From an uncultured Gemmatimonadales bacterium (GTDB lineage: Bacteria; Gemmatimonadota; Gemmatimonadetes; Longimicrobiales; RSA9): a DNA stretch of 64,000 bases. Below are positions 1 through 9,627 of this stretch, piece after piece. The notes beneath the pieces are model-generated. The model saw only the letters and a program-made list of their open reading frames with translations. It did no database searches and had not been told where the DNA came from. Each line of letters opens with the position of its first letter. Position 1 is the first letter of the stretch. The DNA lies in the NCBI GenBank assembly GCA_963798845.1, contig CAWCUS010000001.1:352001-416000 (forward strand), given 5' to 3'. The position numbers and the translations under genes are program-made.

Positions 1-457
1 GAACAGCTACAAGCGGCTGGTCCCCGGATACGAGGCGCCGGTGAACGTGGCGTGGTCGCACCACAACCGTTCGCCGATGGTGAGGGTCCCGGCGCGTCGG
101 GGCAAGGGAACGCGCCTGGAGCTGCGCATGCCGGATCCGTCGTCGAACCCGTACCTGGCCCTGGCGGTCCAGCTGGCGGCGGGGCTGGATGGCATCCGGA
201 ACGAGACGGAGCCGCCGGAGCCGGTGGACAAGAACATATTCGAGCTGACGGTGCGGGAGCGTCGGCGCTACAAGATCCAGGAGCTGCCGAAGGACCTGGG
301 TGAAGCGGTGGGTGAGTTCCGGAAGAGCCAGCTGATGAAGGATACGCTGGGCGATCACGTCTTCCAGCACTTCATCACGGCGAAGGAGCACGAATGGGCG
401 GACTACATCGCCCAGGTGCACGAGTGGGAGATCGACCGTTACCTGGCAGCGTACTAG
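1..457 (+). CDS. glnA: Glutamine synthetase type I, C-terminal part (5' truncated by window)
   Basis: Frame from nt 2 reads [44 protein letters not shown], the canonical GS catalytic motifs. Confidence 0.95.
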   Translation, partial: NSYKRLVPGYEAPVNVAWSHHNRSPMVRVPARRGKGTRLELRMPDPSSNPYLALAVQLAAGLDGIRNETEPPEPVDKNIFELTVRERRRYKIQELPKDLGEAVGEFRKSQLMKDTLGDHVFQHFITAKEHEWADYIAQVHEWEIDRYLAAY

Positions 458-488
458 GGCGCGCCGGGCACGGGAGCCGGGTCCGCCC

Positions 489-1658
489 TTACGCTCTCCG
501 TGCCGCGGCGGCGGCGGGAGCGCTGCGAGGGACGGAGACGCGGACGCGGGATCCCTGGGTGGCCGGGTCGGAGGTGACCTGGCCACCCAGCTCCGTTTCC
601 ACGAGGGCGCGCAGCACCGACTGCTCCATCTCGACGGACACCCGCCCCTCCTCCCCCGCACCGGTGTAGGGAATCCCGTCGTCGGCGAGGATGATCTCGA
701 TGCGATCGGGTTCGGAGCGGAAGGTGGCGGCGATCTGCCCCTTCCTCCCATCGGGGAAAGCGTGGCGGAGCGCGAGCGAGCCGAGCTCGTTGACGGCGAG
801 GGCGAGGGCGAAGCCGTAGCGCTCGGGGATGGTGTCGTCGTCGCCCGTGACGGAGATCGCGATGTCGGCGTCGGGGCGGAGCGTATTCTTGAGGCGCTGC
901 AGAACGCGGTCGATGATCTCGCGCATCCGGATGCCGCGATAGCTGGTCTGGCGGAAGCCTTCGTAGGCGACGAGGAAGGAGCGGAGCCGGTTTTCGAGGC
1001 TGAGCAGCGCCTCGCTGGCGGAGCGTCCGGAGTCGCGAGTCCGCTCCAGCGTGACGAGCCCCATGATGATGGAGAGGTTGTTCCGGACGCGGTGATCGAG
1101 CTCTCGGAGCAGGGCCGCCCGGTCCTCGGCGTCGCGGCGGGCCTGCTCGTAGAGGCGATAATTCTGTTCGGCGAGCTCGGAAGCCTGGCGCGTCGCGGTC
1201 TGCAGCGCCCGCTCGGTGCGGTGGGCCCGCAGTCGCGAATCGATGCGCGCCCGTAGCTCGGCTACCTGGAACGGCTTGGCCACGTAGTCGTCGGCGCGCG
1301 CGTCGAACGTCCGGACCACGTCCTCCGGCGCGGTTCGGGCGGTGACCATGATGACGGGAAGGAGCGGATCGATCCGCTCTTTGATCTCCCGGCAGATGGT
1401 CCAGCCGTCGGTGCCGGGGAGCATGGCATCGAGCAGGATGAGGTCGGCTCTGTGCAGGCGGTCGAACGCCTCCTCGGCGTTGGAGGCCGCGATGACGTGA
1501 TAGCCGTGGGCTTCGAGCAGGTCGGAGAGCGTGTCACGCGCGAGCGGCTCGTCGTCCACGACCAGGATCGTCGGAGGCCCTTCGGGGGCGAGGACCTCCG
1601 ATGCGGGGTCGGGCCGGCTCATGGCGACGCCGGACGGGGCGGAAGCTGCAAGGGCCAC
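489..1658 (-). CDS. Hybrid response regulator / HisKA_2-type histidine kinase
   Basis: N-terminal REC (VVDDE, LLDAMLPG, YVAKPF), ELDHRVRNNL H-box, degenerate HATPase; GTG start after GAGGGGG; alternative ATG at 1623. Confidence 0.85.
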   Translation of the reverse strand: MALAASAPSGVAMSRPDPASEVLAPEGPPTILVVDDEPLARDTLSDLLEAHGYHVIAASNAEEAFDRLHRADLILLDAMLPGTDGWTICREIKERIDPLLPVIMVTARTAPEDVVRTFDARADDYVAKPFQVAELRARIDSRLRAHRTERALQTATRQASELAEQNYRLYEQARRDAEDRAALLRELDHRVRNNLSIIMGLVTLERTRDSGRSASEALLSLENRLRSFLVAYEGFRQTSYRGIRMREIIDRVLQRLKNTLRPDADIAISVTGDDDTIPERYGFALALAVNELGSLALRHAFPDGRKGQIAATFRSEPDRIEIILADDGIPYTGAGEEGRVSVEMEQSVLRALVETELGGQVTSDPATQGSRVRVSVPRSAPAAAAARRA

Positions 1659-1665
1659 GTCCCCC

Positions 1666-2256
1666 TCAATCCCTTTGCAGAAGCGGTGCTGCGAGCAGAA
1701 TCTTCCGAGCGAGGTCGATCATTGGAGTGTTCTTGTCCTGACTGGTCTTCTGCAGGAAGCGGTAGGCGTCCTGCTCGGACATCTTGCGAGTCTCCATGAG
1801 GATCCCCTTCGCGCGCTCGAGCACCTTCCGCTCTTCCAGCTTGCTGGCCAGCGTGTCCCGCTCCTGGCGCGCCCGCATCCACTCGTCGAACCTGGCCTTC
1901 GCCACGGATATGGCCGGGGCGAGGTCGTCCGGATCGACGGGCTTGACCAGGTAGTGGAAGACGGGGGAGCGCGTGGCGTCGTCGACCGTCCGCGCATCAC
2001 TGTACGCCGACAGGATGATGATGGGGATCGGGCGTTCCTCGTGGATCTTGAGCGCAGCCTCCGGGCCGGTCATCACCGGCATGCGGATGTCCAGGATCGC
2101 CATATCCGGCCGCTTCTCCCGGGCGAGCTCCACGGCCTCCTGCCCGTTCGCGGCGGTGGCGACGATCTCGTGGCCGAGCGCTTCCAGCTGACTGGTGAGC
2201 GCCAGGTTGTGCAACGCCTCATCGTCGGCAATGAGAAACCGAAAGGACTGCGCCAT
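1666..2256 (-). CDS. ANTAR-domain response regulator (PdtaR/NasT/AmiR-like)
   Basis: REC (IADDE, LDIRMP, YLVKP) + ANTAR (LEERKVLERAKGILM..SEQDAYRFLQKTSQDKN); GGAG RBS before ATG 2256. Confidence 0.92.
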   Translation of the reverse strand: MAQSFRFLIADDEALHNLALTSQLEALGHEIVATAANGQEAVELAREKRPDMAILDIRMPVMTGPEAALKIHEERPIPIIILSAYSDARTVDDATRSPVFHYLVKPVDPDDLAPAISVAKARFDEWMRARQERDTLASKLEERKVLERAKGILMETRKMSEQDAYRFLQKTSQDKNTPMIDLARKILLAAPLLQRD

Positions 2257-2309
2257 GGAACACCACTCCGTGAAAGTGAACGCCCTGCGCCGGAACGCGT
2301 CCGTGGAAC

Positions 2310-2343
2310 AAAAAAAACGGCCCGGCTCCAGACGGGAGCGGGC
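2310..2343 (-). terminator. Intrinsic terminator inside the 5' leader of the ANTAR gene
   Basis: Minus strand GCCCGCUCC-CGUCU-GGAGCCGGGC followed by CG and U8, about 55 nt upstream of the start codon. Confidence 0.7.
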
Positions 2344-2653
2344 AGGCAACACCCATTCGATCGGCCGTATCCGACAGCGCTGAAGTTGCCGGGGGCGCGA
2401 TCCGCGCGCAAGAGGCTGAGGCATCGCGCCACCGGCGGGGGGCGGCCCCTGCGGCACCGGCGTCCTGACGGAGCCAGGTCCAACCCCGTACCAACTATCA
2501 TCGATGCGCAATATATTTCCGCGGTGCGGGGGGCGCGGTGTGTCGGACCGGGCGACCCCGGGCTGGTCCCGTCCTTGCATTTTTCATATTCGACACGTTG
2601 CGCTCATCCGCGCTGTCGCGGTCGCAGGCATCCGATATGGACGAAGCCACGGA

Positions 2654-4609
2654 ATGATCAAGCGTTTGCTCCTGCTCCTCGCCGCCGCTCTGGCGGCTCC
2701 CCCGGCCACCGCCGTCCTGCGCGCCCGACCCCTCCTCCCACCTGGTGGTTCAGCGATCTCGAGCGCGGCTCTTCCGGCGGCGACTTCGAGGGCCGGAGTG
2801 ACTCGAGGGACTCCGGCCTCTCCGTCCGCGGCGGAAGCTCCGGCGGCTCGGGCCGCGGCGGTGGCGGCGGTGAGCGCGCTGTCGCAGGAGGTGGAGCGAG
2901 CGATCGTGTCGCAGCGGTGGCGAGGCGACCACTGGGGAGTGTTGGTGGTTTCGCTGGACGCCGGAGACACGCTGGTGTCGCACGAACCGACGCGGGAGCT
3001 GGAGCCGGCATCGAACCTGAAGCTGTTCACCACGGCGGCGGCGCTGCACTACCTGGGTCCGGAGTTCCGCTACACGACGTACCTGGCTGGAACGGGCCCG
3101 ATGCAGCGGGGCGTGCTGCAGGGGGACCTGGTGCTGTACGGGACCGGTGATCCGACGCCCTCGGGGAAGTTCTACGAGCCGGAGCAAGGCGCGTACGAGG
3201 CGCTGGCCGACTCCCTGGTGGAGATGGGGGTGCGTCGGATCGCGGGTGACATGGTGGGCGACGGCTCCTATTTCGAGGGTCGGCCGGTGGGAAGCGGTTG
3301 GGAGATGCGGTACGTGACGCACACGTACGCCGCGCAGGGAGCCGCGCTGTCGTACAACGACAACGTGGCGACGCTGCACGTGAAGCCGGCGGACAGTGTG
3401 GGCGCGCCGCCGCGAGTGGAAGTGCTGCCCGCCGGGGCGGTGCAGCTGCGCAACGAGGCGAAGACTGTCGCGTCGGGCCGGTCGTGGATCGAGGTGGAGC
3501 GGGCGGGCTACGACGCGCCCATCGTGGTGCGCGGGCAGATCCAGCGGAGCCACGCCGGGCTCTGGCGGGCCGTGCCGGTGGTGGACCCGGCGCGCTTCGC
3601 CGCGTCGGTGATGCGGGACCTTCTGGCCGAGCGGGGGATCACCGTGGAAGGGGCGGTTCGCGCGGTGCACGACCCATCGGAGTCGCCGATCACGGGAAAG
3701 CACGTGTTCGCCCCGTCTCTGGAGAACTCCCCGGCGATCCAGGTCCTGGCGGTACACCACTCGCCTCCACTGATCGACATCATCCGGGTGATCAACCAGC
3801 GGAGCCACAACGTGTACGCCGAGGCGGTGCTGCGTACTCTGGGTCGGGTGACGGAGGGCCGCGGCTCGGTGGAAGGCGGCCAGTCCGCCGTGCACGCACT
3901 GCTCGAGGACGTCGGCGGCGGCGCGGCTTCGATGGTGCACATGGATGACGGCTCCGGGCTTTCGCCCCTGAACCGCGTCACGCCCGCGGCGGTCATCGAC
4001 CTCCTCCGCTACATGGCGGACTCGGCCCATTTCGACGACTTCCTGACCACGCTCCCGGAAGCCGCCACGTCGCGAGGGCTGCGCCGGATGCAGAACACGC
4101 CGGCGGCCGGCAACCTGCGCGCGAAGACGGGGACGATCGAGCATGTCTCGGCGCTCTCCGGCTATGTCCGGGCGCGAAACGGCGAGCGGCTGGCCTTCTC
4201 CATCATCAGCAACGGCGTGCCTTCCACATGGAAGGCGAAGCGGATCGAGGACCGGATCGGCGCCCGCCTCGCCGCGTTCGACCGCCCCGTCCCGGTGCGG
4301 CGTCCCATCGCCGCGGCGCCGGCGACAGGGCCGCAGACCGACCCCGCCCCGCCGCCGTCCGCGCCGGTGGAGGCCCGCGTTGCGGCGGGCGACACGACCG
4401 CCGCCAGCGCGCCAACAAGAGAGAAGGCGGAGGCCTCGCCGGCCTCCCCGATGCCTTCGACCTACACGATCCGCTCGGGCGACACGCTGGACGGGATCGC
4501 GCACCGCTACGATCTCACGGTCGCGGCGCTGCGCCGTGCCAACCCGGACGTGAACCCGCGCCGGCTGATCCCGGGCAGGACGCTGAAGCTCCCCACCGGA
4601 ACGGACTGA
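2654..4609 (+). CDS. dacB: D-Ala-D-Ala carboxypeptidase/endopeptidase (PBP4, peptidase S13) with C-terminal LysM
   Basis: Signal peptide MIKRLLLL; SNLK (SxxK), SHN, KTGT motifs; LysM YTIRSGDTLDGIAHRY. Confidence 0.9.
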   Translation: MIKRLLLLLAAALAAPPATAVLRARPLLPPGGSAISSAALPAATSRAGVTRGTPASPSAAEAPAARAAAVAAVSALSQEVERAIVSQRWRGDHWGVLVVSLDAGDTLVSHEPTRELEPASNLKLFTTAAALHYLGPEFRYTTYLAGTGPMQRGVLQGDLVLYGTGDPTPSGKFYEPEQGAYEALADSLVEMGVRRIAGDMVGDGSYFEGRPVGSGWEMRYVTHTYAAQGAALSYNDNVATLHVKPADSVGAPPRVEVLPAGAVQLRNEAKTVASGRSWIEVERAGYDAPIVVRGQIQRSHAGLWRAVPVVDPARFAASVMRDLLAERGITVEGAVRAVHDPSESPITGKHVFAPSLENSPAIQVLAVHHSPPLIDIIRVINQRSHNVYAEAVLRTLGRVTEGRGSVEGGQSAVHALLEDVGGGAASMVHMDDGSGLSPLNRVTPAAVIDLLRYMADSAHFDDFLTTLPEAATSRGLRRMQNTPAAGNLRAKTGTIEHVSALSGYVRARNGERLAFSIISNGVPSTWKAKRIEDRIGARLAAFDRPVPVRRPIAAAPATGPQTDPAPPPSAPVEARVAAGDTTAASAPTREKAEASPASPMPSTYTIRSGDTLDGIAHRYDLTVAALRRANPDVNPRRLIPGRTLKLPTGTD

Positions 4610-4635
4610 CCGGCGGCGTCGCGAGCGCGCCGCCG

Positions 4636-5685
4636 TCAATCGGCGAGGAGACGGCGGGCGGAATGGAAGGAGTGGCGGAGAAAACGCTCCAGGTGGAGGT
4701 CCCCCGACAACACGTTGAGTTCCACACCGCCGTTGCCGGCGGAAGCGTGGATGATGCGGGGGCCGCCCAGGGCGAGAGCGACGTGGTTGACGCGGCGCCG
4801 CTCGGCGAAGAACAGGAGATCGCCGGGGACGAGGTCGTCCCACTCGTCTCCGGGCGACACCTCGACCCCGATGCGGACCTGCATGTCGGAGTCGCGGGGG
4901 AGCGGCAGGCCGTGGAGCCGGAACACGGACTGGACGAAGCCCGAGCAGTCCACACCGCCTGGCGTCACTCCGCCCCAGAGGTACGGCGCCCCGAGCCACC
5001 GCCGCGCTGTGCTTGTGATGCTCTCGCCGCGGGGCGGGAACCGATCCCGGAGCCCGTCCACCGCCACCACCTCCCCCTCGCCCAGGCGGCCGGTCCGCCC
5101 GTCGGGCAGAACCACGCGGCCCGGAGCGTGCTGAAGGAAGCGCGCGCCCCAGGGCAGGCGCGCGAACGGGCGATCAGCCTCGTCGACCACGACCGCGCCG
5201 AGAGACACGAGCGGATCTCCGCCCGTGCCCCGCTCCCACGCCAGCGCCCACTCGGCGGGCCCACGCACGATGAATCCGCCGTGGACCCACCCCACGTGGC
5301 GGTCCTCGCCGCGGATTCGCCAGAAGGGGCCGCGCCGTGACAGCAGTCCGAGACGGCTCCCGAGGACGTACTGCGTGAGCTGAGTGGAGTTCATCGTGGG
5401 GCGCCGATAGACCGGGGCAATGGGCGCCCGCACGAGCGCCTCTCCGCGTTCCCCGAGCGCCGGATCGGGGAGCGTCCGGATCCGGACTTCGGCCTCGACG
5501 CCAGCGTCGCGAAGCCGCTCCCGCAGCGTCGCTTCCGCAGCGGGGATCGTGCTGGCGCCATCCACGCGGATCCCCACGGCTCCAAGCCCGGTGCGGATCT
5601 CGAACACGTCCAGCCGCGGGTCGGGCACCAGCTCGGCGCTGACCGACCCGGCGATCCGGCGGACTCGATCGAGGGCGTCGTCCAC
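4636..5685 (-). CDS. NlpC/P60 (C40) peptidase with SH3-like domain (YkfC-like)
   Basis: LGAPYLWGG..GVDCSGFVQ..LPRDS..GDLLFF..HVA..IIHAS; GTG start inferred just after the upstream gene. Confidence 0.88.
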   Translation of the reverse strand: MDDALDRVRRIAGSVSAELVPDPRLDVFEIRTGLGAVGIRVDGASTIPAAEATLRERLRDAGVEAEVRIRTLPDPALGERGEALVRAPIAPVYRRPTMNSTQLTQYVLGSRLGLLSRRGPFWRIRGEDRHVGWVHGGFIVRGPAEWALAWERGTGGDPLVSLGAVVVDEADRPFARLPWGARFLQHAPGRVVLPDGRTGRLGEGEVVAVDGLRDRFPPRGESITSTARRWLGAPYLWGGVTPGGVDCSGFVQSVFRLHGLPLPRDSDMQVRIGVEVSPGDEWDDLVPGDLLFFAERRRVNHVALALGGPRIIHASAGNGGVELNVLSGDLHLERFLRHSFHSARRLLAD

Positions 5686-5693
5686 GCTGCGCG

Positions 5694-6011
5694 CTATCCG
5701 GCTGCGGTGCCGCCCTTCGTCCCGGGCCCACCCGCTTTCCACTGTCCGAACGGGTTGCGGGCGGCGCCCGGCGTGTCCTGGCGGAGCGCGGCCATGCGCA
5801 GGCGGCGCCTCAGCTCGAAGACGGACATGGCGCGGATGCTCCGCTCGGCGGTCATGCGGTTCTGCCAGCGGACCTCCGCGAGCATGAGATGGTGCGGCTC
5901 GTCGCCCGCGGGGTGGAGCACCAGGTACCACCGGCCGTGATGGCGCGGCGAATCCTCCTCGAGCGCGGTGGCGATCCACTCGCGCCCGTCCTCACCAGTG
6001 AAGTTCTTCAT
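5694..6011 (-). CDS. Hypothetical protein (105 aa)
   Basis: Fits the operon (ATGA overlap with the upstream gene); non-spurious composition. Confidence 0.7.
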   Translation of the reverse strand: MKNFTGEDGREWIATALEEDSPRHHGRWYLVLHPAGDEPHHLMLAEVRWQNRMTAERSIRAMSVFELRRRLRMAALRQDTPGAARNPFGQWKAGGPGTKGGTAAG

Positions 6012-6238
6012 GCCAGTCTCTTCGGCTCCGATCGTTCGAACAGGTCGGCGAGCTCAGCGTCCGTGAGCCCGTCCAGCTCCCGGCCCGCCTCGCCTTTCGA
6101 GTCGCCGGGGAGTGGCGTCTGCCGCGGTTCGCCGGCATTGCCGGCAGCGGGGGCGAAGATGGCATAGAGCGCGCCGAAGGACTCGCGCCCGACCACGACG
6201 TCCCAGATGCGGCCGCGGCCGTCGGTGAAGCGCCGCAC
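6008..6238 (-). CDS. Hypothetical protein (76 aa)
   Basis: Starts 4 nt after the fabI stop; N-terminus resembles that of the next gene. Confidence 0.7.
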   Translation of the reverse strand: MRRFTDGRGRIWDVVVGRESFGALYAIFAPAAGNAGEPRQTPLPGDSKGEAGRELDGLTDAELADLFERSEPKRLA

Positions 6239-6241
6239 GGG

Positions 6242-7012
6242 TCAGTACCCCAGGATGTTGTAGCCCGAGTCGACGTGCAGGACCTCGCCGGTGATCCCAG
6301 CGCTGGCGTCGGACAGGAGGAAGAGCGCGGCGCGGCCGACATCTTCCTGGCTGACGTTGCGGCGGAGCGGCGCCCGCTCCTCCACGATGTTCAGGATACT
6401 GCGGAAGTCGCGGACGCCGGAGGCGGCGAGGGTCTTGATGGGCCCGGCGCTGACGGCGTTGACGCGGATGCCGTCGGGGCCCAGGTCGGCGGCCAGGTAG
6501 CGGAGCGATGCCTCGAGAGCGGCCTTGGCGACGCCCATGACGTTGTAGTTCTCCACGACCTTCTCGGCACCATAGTACGTCATGGTGAGGATGCTGCCGC
6601 CTTCGGCCATGAGCGGGCGCGCCTCGCGGGCCAGGTGCACGAGTGAGTAGGCGCTGATCTCCATGGCCTTGAGGAAGCCCGCGCGGCTGGTTTCCGAGAA
6701 GCGGCCGTTCAGGTCCTCGCGGTTGGCGAAGGCGATGGAGTGGACGAGGAAGTCCAGCCCGCCCCAGGTCTCGCGGATGCGGTCGAACGTCTGGCGGACC
6801 TCGTCGTCATCGGCGACATCGCACTGAAGGACGAGCTCGGCATCGACGCTGTCTGCCAGGGGCCGGACCCGCTTCTCCAGCGCCTCCCCCAGGTAATTGA
6901 ACCCGAGCTTCGCCCCCGCGGCGTGGAGGGCGCGGCTGATCCCCCATGCGATGCTGCGGTCGTTGGCGACGCCGAAGACCATCGCCCGCTTCCCTGCCAT
7001 TGAACCCGGCAT
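6242..7012 (-). CDS. fabI: Enoyl-ACP reductase
   Basis: [36 protein letters not shown]. Confidence 0.96.
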   Translation of the reverse strand: MPGSMAGKRAMVFGVANDRSIAWGISRALHAAGAKLGFNYLGEALEKRVRPLADSVDAELVLQCDVADDDEVRQTFDRIRETWGGLDFLVHSIAFANREDLNGRFSETSRAGFLKAMEISAYSLVHLAREARPLMAEGGSILTMTYYGAEKVVENYNVMGVAKAALEASLRYLAADLGPDGIRVNAVSAGPIKTLAASGVRDFRSILNIVEERAPLRRNVSQEDVGRAALFLLSDASAGITGEVLHVDSGYNILGY

Positions 7013-7021
7013 CCGTCCTCC

Positions 7022-7297
7022 TCAGTCGAACATCTCGTAGGCGGCATTGAGGTCGCCACGGGAATAGACGCGGAACGCCACGAGCGTCTGCGTGCGGTCC
7101 AGGCCATCCACCCGGGCGACGTGCTCGGTCACCACTTCGGCGATCTGCTCCCATTCCGGAACGCGCACAATGGCGATGAGATCCCACTCGCCCGAGACCG
7201 AGTACACCTCCGCCACACCCTCGATTTCGGCCACCTTCCGCGCTGCGGTGGGAATCGCTTCCCGCTTCGCCCGGATCAGGACCACTGCGGCTACCAT
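7022..7297 (-). CDS. Lrp/AsnC ligand-binding-domain-only protein
   Basis: IEGVAEVYSVSGEWDLIAIVRV..TQTLVAF; no HTH. Confidence 0.85.
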   Translation of the reverse strand: MVAAVVLIRAKREAIPTAARKVAEIEGVAEVYSVSGEWDLIAIVRVPEWEQIAEVVTEHVARVDGLDRTQTLVAFRVYSRGDLNAAYEMFD

Positions 7298-7416
7298 ATG
7301 CCCCTCCCGTCGCGATATAGGTCGTGCCGGCGCGAAGTTAGCCGCGGCTTCCGGACGGCCGCAAGCCGCATCCCACCTTGCGACATGACGATCGGCCCGG
7401 GATCTTATTCGCCTTC

Positions 7417-8337
7417 ATGTCCGCACCCGCACTCACCCCCGCACCCGGCGCGCGCTCGATGCGGCAGGCCGAGATCGGCCTGCTCGTCATGGTCGCGCTG
7501 TGGGCCATCAACTTCCCGGTCATCAAGATCGGACTGGCGTACATACCGCCGTACGGCTTCAACGCGCTCCGCTTCCCGCTGGCCGCCCTGTTCCTGGCGG
7601 CCGTGCTTCTGGCGCGGGAAGGGCTGAGCGTGCCCGACCGCGGCGACGCGGCCAGGATCGTGGTGCTGGGCATCATCGGCAACTTCCTGTACCAGCTGCT
7701 GTTCATAGCCGGTCTGGCGCGCTCACGCGCAGGGAACGCGAGCGTGCTCCTGAACACGAGCCCGATCTACACGGTGATCCTGAGCTCCCTGCTGGGACAC
7801 GAGCGCATCCGGACGGCCGCATGGGCCGGGATCGCCGCCACGGTGGCGGGGATCGCACTGGTGGTGGGGAGCGGGGAGGGCGGACTGCGGTTCGGCACCG
7901 CGACCGTGGGCGGCGACCTGATGATGCTCTCGGCCGCGGCGATCTGGGCCGTCTACACCGTGGGCTCCCGGGACATGGTGCGGAAGTACGGGTCGGTTCC
8001 CGTGACGGCGTGGACGCTGTGGGCGGGCGCGGCGCTGCTGGTGGTGGCGGGGATCCCGGAGCTTCGCGGGATGGAGGGCTCGATCCCGCCGACGGCGTGG
8101 GCGAGCCTGATCTACGCCGGCTTTCTCGGGCTCGGCCTGTCGTACCTCCTCTGGTACCGGGGGGTTCACGTCCTGGGGAACACGCGCACGTCGGCGTTCG
8201 GGAACCTGGTGCCGGTGGTGACCATCCTGCTGGCGTGGCCCATGCTCGGAGAGGTCCCGAACCTCTGGCAGATCGTGGGAGCCATTGTGATCATTGCGGG
8301 CATCAGCGTGGTGCGACGGGTGACGGAAGCTGCGTGA
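7417..8337 (+). CDS. DMT/EamA family transporter
   Basis: About 10 hydrophobic segments in a duplicated EamA pattern (LWAINFPVIK, GDLMMLSAAAIWAVY); start may be 7459. Confidence 0.9.
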   Translation: MSAPALTPAPGARSMRQAEIGLLVMVALWAINFPVIKIGLAYIPPYGFNALRFPLAALFLAAVLLAREGLSVPDRGDAARIVVLGIIGNFLYQLLFIAGLARSRAGNASVLLNTSPIYTVILSSLLGHERIRTAAWAGIAATVAGIALVVGSGEGGLRFGTATVGGDLMMLSAAAIWAVYTVGSRDMVRKYGSVPVTAWTLWAGAALLVVAGIPELRGMEGSIPPTAWASLIYAGFLGLGLSYLLWYRGVHVLGNTRTSAFGNLVPVVTILLAWPMLGEVPNLWQIVGAIVIIAGISVVRRVTEAA

Positions 8338-9627
8338 TGGGCCCCGCTACTCCGGGCCCATGGTACGTGGAGCGCGCCCGCAGCGCGCTGAGGGAGTTCG
8401 GGCTCACAGCCGGAACGCTGGGCACGACATTGGCGCAGACGGCCATGGTGGCGCTGCTCCCGATCCTGCTGGCGCGCTACACGAACTCGGCGGTCCTCAT
8501 CGGGTTCGCCATCGGCGGTGAGGGGATCGTGGCGATGCTCGTTCCCTACTGGGTCGGCGCGGCGAGCGACCACCTGTCGCCGCGGCTGGCGCAGCGCTTT
8601 GGCCGACGGACCTTCTTCCTCGTGGTCACCGCCCCGCTGATCGCCGCATCCGTGGTGGTGGCGCCTCTCCTGCACGGCTACTGGCCGATCGCCGGCGCCG
8701 CCTTCGTCTTCTTCTTCGCCCTGCACGGCTACCTCGCCCCCCTCTGGGCGCTGCTGGCCGACGAGGTCCCGCAGGAGCGGCGGGGCCGCGTGCAGGGCGT
8801 GCGCGGGGTGCTGCACGCCGTCGGGCTCGGCTTCGGACTGGTGGCCGGCGGGCTGCTCTTCGCCATTCTGGGAGCCGCTCCCGTTCGTGGTCGCGGCGGC
8901 GCTGGTGCTGGCCACCACGGCCATCACCTTCTATGCCGCACCGCGCTCGGCGACGGCCGCCCCAGCGGGGGACCCGTCGGATGTGCTGAAGGTCTGGCGT
9001 CGCCTCAGGGGTAGGCCGGCCGTGACCTGGATGCTGGTGGCGAACGCGCTCTGGACGAGCGGCGTGGACGGGATCCGCCCCTACATCTTCCTGTTCGCGA
9101 CCGTTGTGCTGGGAATCACGGTCGCGCAGACGTCGCTTCTGCTCATCGTGGTGGTGGCGGGCGTAGGGCTCGGCGCACTCGCGCTGGGCTACCTGGGGGA
9201 CAAGCTGGGGCATGCGAAGCTGCTGGCGGTCGGCGCCGCCATCACGGGGATCGCCATGGTCCTCGGCTTCTTCGTCCGCAGCTGGGTCCCGGCCGTGGGG
9301 CTGATGCTGTTCGCCGGCCTGGGCGCGGCGACCCAGGTCTCGCTGTCCTATCCGCTCTTCACCTCGCTCATCCCCGATCGCGCGGTCGGCCGCGACACAG
9401 GGCTCTACATCGTGACCATCGGCGTGGGTCGTATCGTGGCGCCCGTGCTGATCGGCGCGGCCATCGACCTGGGACGCTCCACGCTCCCCGAGACGAGGGG
9501 CTATCCGTTCATGTGGCCCATCGCCGGCACGCTGACGCTGCTGGGCCTGGTGGCCCTCGCCCGGTCGATGCACCACTCGCGCCGCGCCGCTCGCCAGCGC
9601 GAGCACCCAGGAGGAACTGCCCGATGA
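8337..9627 (+). pseudogene. MFS transporter interrupted by a +1 frameshift (or sequencing error)
   Basis: N-half (SDHL..RFGRR motif) starts at 8337; C-half is in the next frame; removing one T at 8866/8867 gives a continuous LLFAIWEPLPFVVAAALV. Confidence 0.8.

Noticed and set aside
2479..2495. Sigma-54 promoter for the ANTAR operon (TGGTACGGGGTTGGA)
   Set aside because: The -12 element lacks the GC at the required spacing
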